From an uncultured Verrucomicrobiae bacterium (GTDB taxonomy: Bacteria > Verrucomicrobiota > Verrucomicrobiia > Opitutales > JABDGR01), in NCBI GenBank assembly GCA_963765205.1, contig CAVXVB010000012.1, positions 1 through 62,260 of the forward strand: a stretch of 62,260 nucleotides of DNA, written 5' to 3'. Of the stretch, positions 39,205 to 48,020 are shown piece after piece. How positions within the stretch are numbered: position 1 is the stretch's first letter; every line of letters begins with the position of its first letter. A model generated the notes under the pieces. The model had not been told where the DNA came from, made no database searches, and saw nothing but the letters and a program-made list of their open reading frames with translations. The position numbers were made by a program, and so were the translations under genes.

Positions 39205-40191
39205 TCAATCGGGGCCGCCGGTCGCGGCCTTGAGTTCCTCGGAGAGCAATTGCTGCGCGCCATTGATGACAATGCGGTCCTGCGCGGTCACGCCGCTGGT
39301 CAGGAACACGCTGTCGTCGCGGAGCGTCGCGCCGAGTTTCACACGCCAGCGCTTGAAGACCTCGCTGTCCACTTGCGCGTAAACAAACGTGTCGCCTTCG
39401 TAGCGAACGATGGCGGTGCCCGGCAGGCCAAAGCCTTTTTCACCCTCGCCGACATTGGTCATCAAGGCCACTAGTTGCGTACCGGGAGCGGGCGGCGATT
39501 GCTTGAGCAAAGCGAGAAAAGAGACGCCCTGAGCCTGCGGTTCGGCCGTGGGCGCAGGGCCAAGCACCTCGACCGCCACCGGGTCGCCGCCGCCCATGAT
39601 TGGCAGGACGTGAATTTCGCGCGGCTCCGCAGGCAAGGCTTCGCCGCCGAGCATGTCCACGCGCACGAGGGCGATGTCCTGCGCGAGCAAGGACTTAGCC
39701 AGATCCGGTAAATCAGGGCGAGAGGCCAGAACTTTGCCCCAATCGGTGATAATGTGCGCTTTGGCCGCAGTGACCTGCAAGTCATCGTGACGCATCGCCG
39801 CCTCTGCGGTTTCCAGGGCCTGGTCGGAGGCGTTGCCGGTGGCTTTCAGGGTTTGCAGCCGCTGATACTCATTGGCGGAAGCCTTGGCCATGGCCAGATC
39901 GGCATCAATTTCCGAAAGTTCGGCGATCAATGGAGCCGGATCGAGCACGCGGGCAAAGCCCTTGGCCTCGGGTTTATATTCGGCTGCCGTGGGTTGGGCG
40001 GTCTTAATGTCGGCTTGTTCCTGTTCCTCGGATTCCAGCTTGACGGTGCCCGGGGTCGGTTCGTCTGCTGGCGCAGCGTCGGCGGGTTTGGAGGCGGCCG
40101 CTTCCGAGGGCGGGGCGCCAGGGTTGAAAACCCACATTACACCCGCGCCGAGCACGAGTCCGAGGAAAACTCCCAAAAATATTTTTTTCAT
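39205..40191 (-). CDS. RND periplasmic adaptor (membrane fusion protein)
   Basis: N-terminal anchor, helical hairpin, LP..AIVRYEG..FVY, G.....RIV.NGAQQLLSEE; lies between OMF and permease genes. Confidence 0.85.
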   Translation of the reverse strand: MKKIFLGVFLGLVLGAGVMWVFNPGAPPSEAAASKPADAAPADEPTPGTVKLESEEQEQADIKTAQPTAAEYKPEAKGFARVLDPAPLIAELSEIDADLAMAKASANEYQRLQTLKATGNASDQALETAEAAMRHDDLQVTAAKAHIITDWGKVLASRPDLPDLAKSLLAQDIALVRVDMLGGEALPAEPREIHVLPIMGGGDPVAVEVLGPAPTAEPQAQGVSFLALLKQSPPAPGTQLVALMTNVGEGEKGFGLPGTAIVRYEGDTFVYAQVDSEVFKRWRVKLGATLRDDSVFLTSGVTAQDRIVINGAQQLLSEELKAATGGPD

Positions 40192-41621
40192 GGCTTGGTG
40201 GGGGTTAAAATGGGCGGGCGCGGGTCGTTTTGAACCGCAGGAAAATTGGCCAGGGGTATTTGCAAGGCGTCTTCCAACTGGCCGCTGGCGGCGGCGGCCT
40301 GGGCTTGGGCGTCAATGCGCGCGAGCTGGCTGGCACCGAGGTCAATCTGGGCTGTCAGAAGGTCGAGCTGGTCGCCGGCGCCGGCGCTCATTTGCGCGCC
40401 GACTTGGTCTAGATGCTTGTGTAGTTCGACATCCACGTTGCCCAAATCCTCCAGCAAGCCTGTGGCTGCTGTTGCTGCTGCTGAGGCGGCATCAATTTGC
40501 GCGATGATGTGGCTTTGCACGGCCAGGACTTGCGCGGCCGCCGTCGCGCGCGCGGCGGCCGCTTCCGCAATCGGGCCTTCATTATGGTTGAAAACCGGCA
40601 GGTCCACGCCGAGTGACAAACTCCACTTGTTTTCGCCCAGGTCGTATTCGTAGCCACTGCCGAGGTTGACGTCCGGATACTGCTTGGCGATTTCGAGCTG
40701 AAGCGCGGCTTGGCTGGCTTCGTAACTGGCCACGGCGGACATGACATCCGCGCGCGTCTGGAGCGAAACTGCGCGCGCGGCGGCCAAGTCGGCGGGAGTA
40801 AATGTTTTGGCCATCGTTACTTCGGTGGTGGCCAGTTCCACCCCGTCCAGCGCGCTCACCGGCACGCCCACCACTTCGGCGATATGCGCGCGCGCCACCC
40901 CCAGCCCGCGCGCGGCGTTGCCGGCGTCGGACTGCGCTTTGACCAGCGCTAGGCGGGCGGACGACATTTCCTCGGCCGCGAGCGCCCCGGCGTCCACGCG
41001 TTGCTGGAGTAAATCAAGCACGCGCTGTTGCGCGGCGACTTGCTGACGCGCGATGGCGGCGCGTTGTCCGGCGGCGTCCCAGTCAATGAGGGCCTGGCGC
41101 AAATCGGCGCGCACTTGCCACGCGGCGGTGAAAATATTTTGCCGGGTGGCTTCGGCCAGCCATTCCGCCTGTTTTATGCGCTTTTCGCGTTTGCCAGCGG
41201 TTTCGACCGGCGCGTCCACTGTTAGGCCTGGGAACCACGGCGACGACTCGCCTTGCAGGTTAAAAGAATAGCCCGGCGCGAGCGTGAGGGTCGGGTTGGG
41301 CCGTTCCGCGCCGGTGAGGATGGCGCCGCGCGCACCAGCCCACTGCAGGCGTGCGACTTGCAGCGACGGGTTGTAATAAAACGCCGCCCAATTCAGGGTC
41401 TCGAAGTCCCAGGACGGCAGCGGCCACTGGGGTAAATCATGGCCAAGGTTCTGCTGGAGAAAGGCCCGCAAGTCGGGACTGCCGAGCGAGCGTTCTAGCA
41501 ACTGGGAGGCGGTCTGGCTAGGGTTGAGCGGCTCATCCACATAATGCTGGCAGCTCCCCGCCAATGCCGCCAATACCAAGGCCCCAAAGGGAACCAATCG
41601 TTTAAGTCCAGGCGGGGGCAT
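40188..41621 (-). CDS. TolC-family outer membrane efflux lipoprotein
   Basis: Lipobox LAGSC, NP.L..AR, YPDVNLG.GY, LPVFN.NEGPIAEA. Confidence 0.9.
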   Translation of the reverse strand: MPPPGLKRLVPFGALVLAALAGSCQHYVDEPLNPSQTASQLLERSLGSPDLRAFLQQNLGHDLPQWPLPSWDFETLNWAAFYYNPSLQVARLQWAGARGAILTGAERPNPTLTLAPGYSFNLQGESSPWFPGLTVDAPVETAGKREKRIKQAEWLAEATRQNIFTAAWQVRADLRQALIDWDAAGQRAAIARQQVAAQQRVLDLLQQRVDAGALAAEEMSSARLALVKAQSDAGNAARGLGVARAHIAEVVGVPVSALDGVELATTEVTMAKTFTPADLAAARAVSLQTRADVMSAVASYEASQAALQLEIAKQYPDVNLGSGYEYDLGENKWSLSLGVDLPVFNHNEGPIAEAAAARATAAAQVLAVQSHIIAQIDAASAAATAATGLLEDLGNVDVELHKHLDQVGAQMSAGAGDQLDLLTAQIDLGASQLARIDAQAQAAAASGQLEDALQIPLANFPAVQNDPRPPILTPTKP

Positions 41622-41743
41622 TGTGGTAAACCGCTTAACTTAAGACATTGAAGATTACAAGAACATGACGGCTTCCCGACGCAGAAATTTTTTCGATTGG
41701 TCCGACCACCTGTGCCGGTTCAAATTGCCTTGGGCATCGTTGT

Positions 41744-42508
41744 TCAAAAGGTGAGTTGCAGAGCGAAGTAACTTTGAAATTGAGTCGGGCCGCGCAGGGA
41801 GCGCCCGGCGGAGAGCAGCAGGTGATAATGGTCGGATAAATCAATCGTCGTGCCCAGGTTGAACGCCGTATCGTCCCGCTGGCCGACTTGTTGGGAGGTC
41901 TGATTATAGATTTCCCCGCCGAGGGCAACATTATCGAGGATTTGGTATTGCGCCACCACCCCGGTAAAAATCCAGTCGCGGTAGCCGCCACCGGGATTGA
42001 TGCCGTAGCCGCCCCCGCCATAAATGGTCCACTTGCCAAAATCCTGCTGGGCCCACACGGGGAGGAAAATTTGCAAATGCCCCGTGCCCAGGCCTTCGCC
42101 GGCATCGCCGGTCGGGACTTCCAACAACGGGAAGATCGCCACTTGCGGAATGGTGTCCGAACCCTTGATGAAGCGGTATTTGACGCCCAATTCCGTATCG
42201 CCGTAACCATATTCATCAGGCCCCTGCGTGGGTGCGGAATACTCCAGCGGCGCAAGGATATGCAGTTGCATGTCCGGGATGACTCCGTAATTGAACTCGA
42301 AATGCGGAGCCGTCAGCGACCAGCCGCCCGCGGTTTTGGTGCTCATGGAGGCGGTGTAAAACTCCAGGTGCTGGTAATCCACCGGCTCGGGGTCGTCCGT
42401 GATAAACGGCGGCCCGGCGTGGGCCACCAGTGCCCATAGGCCGGGAATGGCCACGCCGCAGAAGCGCCGCAACGCAATCCGGCAAATGGAATTTGGGGTA
42501 AAGACCAT
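41744..42508 (-). CDS. Outer-membrane beta-barrel 'transporter' (MetA-pathway/phenol degradation-like family)
   Basis: Signal peptide, AGPPFITDDPEP, G.GD.ELGVKYRF, PTGD...GLGTG, terminal Phe. Confidence 0.7.
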   Translation of the reverse strand: MVFTPNSICRIALRRFCGVAIPGLWALVAHAGPPFITDDPEPVDYQHLEFYTASMSTKTAGGWSLTAPHFEFNYGVIPDMQLHILAPLEYSAPTQGPDEYGYGDTELGVKYRFIKGSDTIPQVAIFPLLEVPTGDAGEGLGTGHLQIFLPVWAQQDFGKWTIYGGGGYGINPGGGYRDWIFTGVVAQYQILDNVALGGEIYNQTSQQVGQRDDTAFNLGTTIDLSDHYHLLLSAGRSLRGPTQFQSYFALQLTF

Positions 42509-42546
42509 CGGAGGTTATTGCAAGTATCAAGAGGGCCGCCCTTGAC

Positions 42547-43953
42547 TCAATACTCAAAATGCAGACGGGCGCTAAACACCGACACGGGCCCGCGCGCCGT
42601 GTTGAAGGCTGGATTATTGATGAATTGGTAATCCAGCGTAAAATTGATCCCCTCCCGGATTTGGAAACTGTAATAGGTCTCAAAAGCTTCTTCGCCGCTG
42701 TAGGAAAGCGCGCCGTCCCCGGCCAGAATGCCCGTGCCTCCATCGGCCAGGAATTGCTGGTGTATTTTGGATATTCCGCTATAGACGCCGGCCAGGCCCA
42801 CCGTGTCGTCGGGCCGGCCCCAGGACGACCCCTTAATGCTCAGGCCCAGCGACGCCGCATAATCCACGTCGCTAAACATCCAGCTCTGGGTTTCCCCATT
42901 GCTCCAGCCCAGGCGCGAAAAGGCCCCGACATCCTTGGTCAACTCCTGCTCGAAGTTTAATCCGAAACCATATTTATAGTGGTATCCGGGCGATGCTGGA
43001 AAAACGGCGGGTTGAGTTCCACTGTCCACGGCCTCCTCGTAACTGCCCATTTGCGCCCGGTTGAGAAACGCCAGCAGGCGCACCGTGCCGGGATGCCCGC
43101 CGATCGTGTAGCGGCGTTCCAACTCACTGACCATGCCCCAACCTTTCAGCAAATCCTGGTCAGTGCCAACTCCGTTGGCCGACTGCGGCACCTGGAAGAA
43201 TCCGTACCGAATGGCCCAGGATGGTTGGTTGAGTTCGATGGTGGCGCCCGTGATGTAACCAAGCGAGTCCGCCGGATAGTCCCATGCTTCGTTGTTGATG
43301 AATGCCCAATTCAAAAACTGCGTGCGCGGATCATTCGCGTAGGCGTTGGTGTCAAAAATGTCCCCCACACTCATCCGCCCCACCGTAAATGTAATCCTCG
43401 ACACATCCTGCTTGCTCGCGAGGGTAAGCTGGCCGTCGGGAATTTCTTCCTGTTCGCCGCCCAGGCCGATGGTTTGCCGGAGGAACAGGCGCGCGAAGTT
43501 CACATTGGGAAGCTGCGTGCCCACCCGGTAGGCTTCGCCGTTGGGGAAGCCTTCCGCTCCTAGGGTATTGTTAAAACCATAACCCTGCCACAGCAGGCCA
43601 TCCACATGCGCCTCCGCCCCCGGCCACAAACGCAAGCCGCCAAACAAATCCAGCGAGACGGTTTCCTGAATCTGGCTGCCGTTGCCCAGGCTGTTGGCCC
43701 CAGAGTAATCCGCTGGAAACCCGGGATGGCCGTCCACAATGTCCGTGTTTTGCGCATGCCAGTTCCAGGTTTGCGCCTGGGCAGGGGCTGTTTGCTCAAT
43801 GGGCGGCGGTGGGGAGGGGTTGGCTGGCGTTTCTTGCGCAACCGCCAAGGAAGTTCCGGCGCAGGACACCAAGACGAGCGCGGCCAGCTTTTTGCAGAAA
43901 GGATGGAATTTGGTCATCGGCTTTTTCGCATCGGAAAAGTTTGAGGTGAGCAT
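42547..43953 (-). CDS. OprB-family (carbohydrate/metal) porin, copy 1
   Basis: Signal peptide, YSG.NSL, ARLFLRQTIG, DIFD.N.YA.DPRTQF.NW, AWDYPAD, NPAFN..RGPV, aromatic C-terminus. Confidence 0.88.
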   Translation of the reverse strand: MLTSNFSDAKKPMTKFHPFCKKLAALVLVSCAGTSLAVAQETPANPSPPPPIEQTAPAQAQTWNWHAQNTDIVDGHPGFPADYSGANSLGNGSQIQETVSLDLFGGLRLWPGAEAHVDGLLWQGYGFNNTLGAEGFPNGEAYRVGTQLPNVNFARLFLRQTIGLGGEQEEIPDGQLTLASKQDVSRITFTVGRMSVGDIFDTNAYANDPRTQFLNWAFINNEAWDYPADSLGYITGATIELNQPSWAIRYGFFQVPQSANGVGTDQDLLKGWGMVSELERRYTIGGHPGTVRLLAFLNRAQMGSYEEAVDSGTQPAVFPASPGYHYKYGFGLNFEQELTKDVGAFSRLGWSNGETQSWMFSDVDYAASLGLSIKGSSWGRPDDTVGLAGVYSGISKIHQQFLADGGTGILAGDGALSYSGEEAFETYYSFQIREGINFTLDYQFINNPAFNTARGPVSVFSARLHFEY

Positions 43954-44072
43954 AATCGCATCAACATGTCAAAATGCGAATGCCGTCGGTGTGTGACAAA
44001 AGACAAACGGACATTACAAACAGGTTACACGGACAGGCCGGGCCAGCCGGGAGCATCAACCAAGCCTCCGAC

Positions 44073-45503
44073 TCAAAACTCAAAATGCAAGCGCGCGCCG
44101 AACACTGACACTGGTCCGCGGTCCGTGTTGAAGGCCGGGTTATTGATGAATTGGTAATCCAGCGTGAAGCTTACGCCCTCCCGGATTTGGAAACTGTAAT
44201 AGGTCTCCAACGCTTCTTCGGGGCCGTAAGAAAGGGCGCCATCGCCGTCCAGAATGTCCGTGCCGCCGGCCTCCAGGAATTTTTGGTTGGCGCTCGAAGC
44301 GCCGCTCACCACGCCGGCCAGGCCGAAGGTGTCGTCGGGGCGGCCCCAAGACGAACCCTTGACACTCACGCCCAGGGACGCCGACCAATTGGCATCCGTA
44401 AACGTCCATGCTTCGTATTGGCCGTTGTTCCAGCCCACGCGCGAAAAGACGCCGACATCCTTGGCCAGCTCCTGTTCCCAATTCAGTCCAAAGCCGTATT
44501 TGTAATGATAGGCGCGCGCCGCCCCGATGTCCGCGTTCGGGTTGGCCAGCAAAAGAGCAGTCGCCGCCGAGTAGCTGACCATGTCCGCTTCATTGAGATA
44601 AGCCAGGGGCCGAATCGCTCCCGGGTGACCGTTGACGGTGTAGCGGTATTCCAATTCCGTCACCATGTCCCAGGAATGAAAAAGCGAGCCATCCGACGCC
44701 GAATCGTCCTGCGGCCATTTGAGCAACTGATCTTCCCCAGTGAAACCATTCTTGAACCCCGGTTCCTGGAAAAATCCGTAGCGCAAAGTCCAGTGCGGCT
44801 GATTCCATTCCACGGCCAGTCCGGTGGTGTAGCCCACCGTGTCCATGGGGTAATCCCACGCGGCATTGGCCATCAGCGCCCAATTCATAAACTGCGTGCG
44901 CGGGTCCCCCGCATAGGCGTTGGTGTCAAAAATGTCTGTGGCGCTGAATCTGCCCGCGGTGAACGTCAGCCGCGACACATCCTGTTTGCCCGCCAGGGTC
45001 AACTGGCCGTCGGGGATGTCTTCCTGTTCCCCGCCCAAACCAATGGTTTGCCGGATAAACAGCCGCGCCAGGATGCCGTTGGGAACGCCGGTGCCGACTT
45101 TGACGGCTTCGCCGTTGGGGAAGTCCTCCACGCCCTCCGTGCTGCTCAAGCCATAACCCTGCCACATCAAGCCGTCCACATGCCCCTCTGCTCCCGGCCA
45201 TAAATGCAGCCCGGCATATAAATCCAGCGAAACGGTTTCATCCATGCCCGCGTGGTTGTCCAGGCTGTCGGGACCCGAATAATCCGCCGGGAAGCCGGGA
45301 TGACCGTCCATGATGTCCGTGTTTTGCGCATGCCAGTTCCAGGTTTGCGCCTGGGTGTCGGCCGCTGGCGCCACTGGCGGGGTTGCGGCCGGCAGGCTGG
45401 GCGTGTCTTGAGCGACCGCCAAGGAGGTTCCGGCGCAGGCCAGGAGGGCGAGCACGGCCCATCGTTGGCAGGAGGGAAGGAGTTTGGTCGTGGGCTTAAA
45501 CAT
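44073..45503 (-). CDS. OprB-family porin, copy 2 (tandem paralog)
   Basis: Same motifs and long identical peptide blocks with copy 1; ends in Phe. Confidence 0.88.
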   Translation of the reverse strand: MFKPTTKLLPSCQRWAVLALLACAGTSLAVAQDTPSLPAATPPVAPAADTQAQTWNWHAQNTDIMDGHPGFPADYSGPDSLDNHAGMDETVSLDLYAGLHLWPGAEGHVDGLMWQGYGLSSTEGVEDFPNGEAVKVGTGVPNGILARLFIRQTIGLGGEQEDIPDGQLTLAGKQDVSRLTFTAGRFSATDIFDTNAYAGDPRTQFMNWALMANAAWDYPMDTVGYTTGLAVEWNQPHWTLRYGFFQEPGFKNGFTGEDQLLKWPQDDSASDGSLFHSWDMVTELEYRYTVNGHPGAIRPLAYLNEADMVSYSAATALLLANPNADIGAARAYHYKYGFGLNWEQELAKDVGVFSRVGWNNGQYEAWTFTDANWSASLGVSVKGSSWGRPDDTFGLAGVVSGASSANQKFLEAGGTDILDGDGALSYGPEEALETYYSFQIREGVSFTLDYQFINNPAFNTDRGPVSVFGARLHFEF

Positions 45504-45737
45504 GGAAAGAGATTCCAGGAACGATGAGCCAATTTTGAGTATACGTCAAACGTAATTTGAGCTTTCAAAATACCGCTCGAAGCGCAAGCCAAAAACAAGG
45601 GCGTCAACCGGTCAAAACCCGAATGCCGCCGGCCGGTGACAAAAGGCGGCGGATTTCCCCAAAGGCTTCCGCAGGGACCACCAGGCCATTTTTGCCGGCT
45701 TTTCTTTTCCCCATTCTTCAGTTATAAGGGATTATTC

Positions 45738-45809
45738 GTCCCCATAGTTCAATGGACAGAACGGCGGTTTCCTAAACCGTAAATCCGGGTTCAAGTCCCG
45801 GTGGGGGCA
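45738..45809 (+). tRNA. tRNA-Arg(CCT)
   Basis: Acceptor GTCCCCA/TGGGGGC, D arm GTTC..GAAC, anticodon arm GCGGT-TTCCTAA-ACCGT, T arm CCGGG-TTCAAGT-CCCGG; CCA not encoded. Confidence 0.95.
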
Positions 45810-45812
45810 CTT

Positions 45813-45847
45813 GGAAATTAAGAATTTAGAATTCGGAATTAGGAAGT
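45813..45847 (+). repeat. Degenerate heptamer tandem repeat
   Basis: GGAAATT AAGAATT TAGAATT CGGAATT AGGAAGT. Confidence 0.6.
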
Positions 45848-45953
45848 AAAACGCAGACAAGCCGCATGGATGGCAACAAACAGGCGGAGGAAAACGCAAG
45901 CGGTTAAGCAGGGCCTGCGCCTGATTTCAAACAGCGAAGTCGGGAATCGAAAT

Positions 45954-47891
45954 TTAATCCGATTCCAGCACGATGGTGTCATACATCAGGCCATTAATCA
46001 GGCCGTTGACCAGGCTATTGCCATTGCCGCCGTCGTTGGTGGTTGCATGCAAGGTAAGGGTGTTGTCGCCCACTTTCAGCAGGCTGGCGGGGAAGGTGAT
46101 TTCGTTGCGTGCGTAGCGGCCGCTGCGGTTGGCGGAACGGCGCACGCTCATGTCGTCGCCGTAGGCGAGGTTTCCGACCGGCTGATCATTGAGGGACAAA
46201 GCGACATTGCCCTGGCCGCCGGCGATGGCGATGGTCAGGTAGGCGTTGCCCGTGTAGGCTTTGGTGAGGTTGAAGTTCACCGTCCAGGTGCCGGAATGCT
46301 GCGCGAAATACCAATCGTCGGCTTCCTTGCTTTTGCCGATGGTGAAGGTGAGGTCGGCGGGGACTTGGTGCAGCAACATTGCGGCGCGCGGGCCGTTGCC
46401 GAACTTGAATTTGTCCGCCATGCGGTCGGCGTAGCCAATTTGCCACAGGAAGTTCGGGTGGTAGGGTGCATCCCATTCGATTTTGCCCAAGTCAAGGTTG
46501 TCGCCACTGACGACGATGCCGTCCTTGACGAATGATTGAGTGATGGAACCTTGCGTCTGCCAGGCGTAGAGGGTGTAGGTTCCGGGCCGGACGGTCGGGA
46601 GGGTGAATTTCCCGTCGGCGTCGGCCTTGACATAGAAAATATAGTCGCCGCTTTGGTTGGCGATGGCTGCGGCCTGATCCTCGACCGCGCCCGTATTCTG
46701 GCCCCCGCCACCACCGCCGCGGCCACCCCGTCCGCCACCGCCGCCTGCACCAGAGGGCTGGGCGAGGATAATATAGGCGTAGGCGGCGCTGCGGTTGTGC
46801 GTAATAGTCAACTGGCCGGTGACGCTGGTGCGCTTCGTCGGGTAGAGCGGTTCGTTCATCCATTGGTAGGGCCATTTTTTTTCTTCGGCGAGCGCGGTTT
46901 TCTTGGCGTCGGCGACGATGGCGTCCAGCGTGTCGCCGGTATTGAAGTAAACATACCACGGGCCGTGAATCTTGTCCGCGCCGTTGCGCCCACTGGCGTT
47001 GCCACCGCTGCTTAGGTGGCCCCCGCCGAGGTAATTCAAAATGAGGGCGTCCTGGTGGACGGACAGGTCCTGGCGCAGCGGGCCGCCGGCGTAGGACTCG
47101 GTGCTGACGGGGATGAACCACGCGCCGAAGCCGTGGCCCAAGTGGCCCCACATGGGTGCCTCGGAGTAATAGAGGCACCAGTCGTATTTGGAATAAACGG
47201 AACCTTCCGGCAGCCCAATGGGGTTGTTGGCGGGCAGGCGCCAGGTTTCATCGCCCACGTTGCCGGGGTTGGAAATGGACGTCAGGTAGCCGTAGGAAAT
47301 TTGCTGGTCCATCCGTTCGGGCGTCCAAGTATGATCGAGGATGTGCATGTCGAAGCGATACATGGTGCGCATCTCGCCGCCGAACTGGCTGCGGATAATG
47401 ACGTAGGGGTGGATGCCGCTTTCGCCCGGGAGCATGACATAGTGGTCTTCGAGGTAGGGGGAGCCGTTATCAATGATGGCGAAATGCACGCGATAGGGCT
47501 GGTTTTCAAAAATGCGGATGATGCGGGCGCGCAAGATGCCATTGCTGCCGCTATAGTCGTGGTAAAAGGTGCGCTGCGCGTTTTGGTCGCGCGGCATGAT
47601 GCCGTTGAGGTTGTGCGCCAGTTCCGTGCCTTTGACAATGACCGAGGTTGCGCTGAAATCGCCAATGGCGTCCTTGCCGAAGGTGATCTTAAGCAGGCCG
47701 TTGTCGAGGACGAGGCTGGGTATATCGGCGGGCGCGTAATCGCCGACCTTGATGGGCGCGCCATTGAGGGTCATCGTCACCGGGGGGACGGTGGCGGCAT
47801 CCGCGGCGCGGGCGGCCGGGGCGGCGAACACGAGTGAAAGCAGCAGGGCGAGAAACGCGGGCAAGGCGGATTTGACTGGGGTATTGCTCAT
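45954..47891 (-). CDS. Secreted rhamnogalacturonan lyase-like protein (polysaccharide lyase family 4)
   Basis: Signal peptide, YSKYDW, GGPL.QDL, GP..VYFN, WPY.W, PGTYTLYA, WQIG..DR, MYD.I.LE. Confidence 0.8.
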   Translation of the reverse strand: MSNTPVKSALPAFLALLLSLVFAAPAARAADAATVPPVTMTLNGAPIKVGDYAPADIPSLVLDNGLLKITFGKDAIGDFSATSVIVKGTELAHNLNGIMPRDQNAQRTFYHDYSGSNGILRARIIRIFENQPYRVHFAIIDNGSPYLEDHYVMLPGESGIHPYVIIRSQFGGEMRTMYRFDMHILDHTWTPERMDQQISYGYLTSISNPGNVGDETWRLPANNPIGLPEGSVYSKYDWCLYYSEAPMWGHLGHGFGAWFIPVSTESYAGGPLRQDLSVHQDALILNYLGGGHLSSGGNASGRNGADKIHGPWYVYFNTGDTLDAIVADAKKTALAEEKKWPYQWMNEPLYPTKRTSVTGQLTITHNRSAAYAYIILAQPSGAGGGGGRGGRGGGGGGQNTGAVEDQAAAIANQSGDYIFYVKADADGKFTLPTVRPGTYTLYAWQTQGSITQSFVKDGIVVSGDNLDLGKIEWDAPYHPNFLWQIGYADRMADKFKFGNGPRAAMLLHQVPADLTFTIGKSKEADDWYFAQHSGTWTVNFNLTKAYTGNAYLTIAIAGGQGNVALSLNDQPVGNLAYGDDMSVRRSANRSGRYARNEITFPASLLKVGDNTLTLHATTNDGGNGNSLVNGLINGLMYDTIVLESD

Positions 47892-48020
47892 GGGAGGAGG
47901 GGAGCAATCATTCTCGCCTTCCGGGCAAAAGCATTCAAGCCCATAACGCGTTCCTCAAAAAACCGCCACGCGCCTCATTACTCTCCACGCGGAGCGGCAC
48001 GATGGTGCCGATAATCAGGG

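Noticed and set aside
35810..45809. Active integrative element
   Set aside because: No integrase or transposase, and the flanking repeat is degenerate; reported only as a possible relic.
46700..46760. GGGGRGGRGGGGG stretch in the PL4 lyase as an RGG RNA-binding motif
   Set aside because: The protein is secreted; the stretch is best read as a low-complexity loop.
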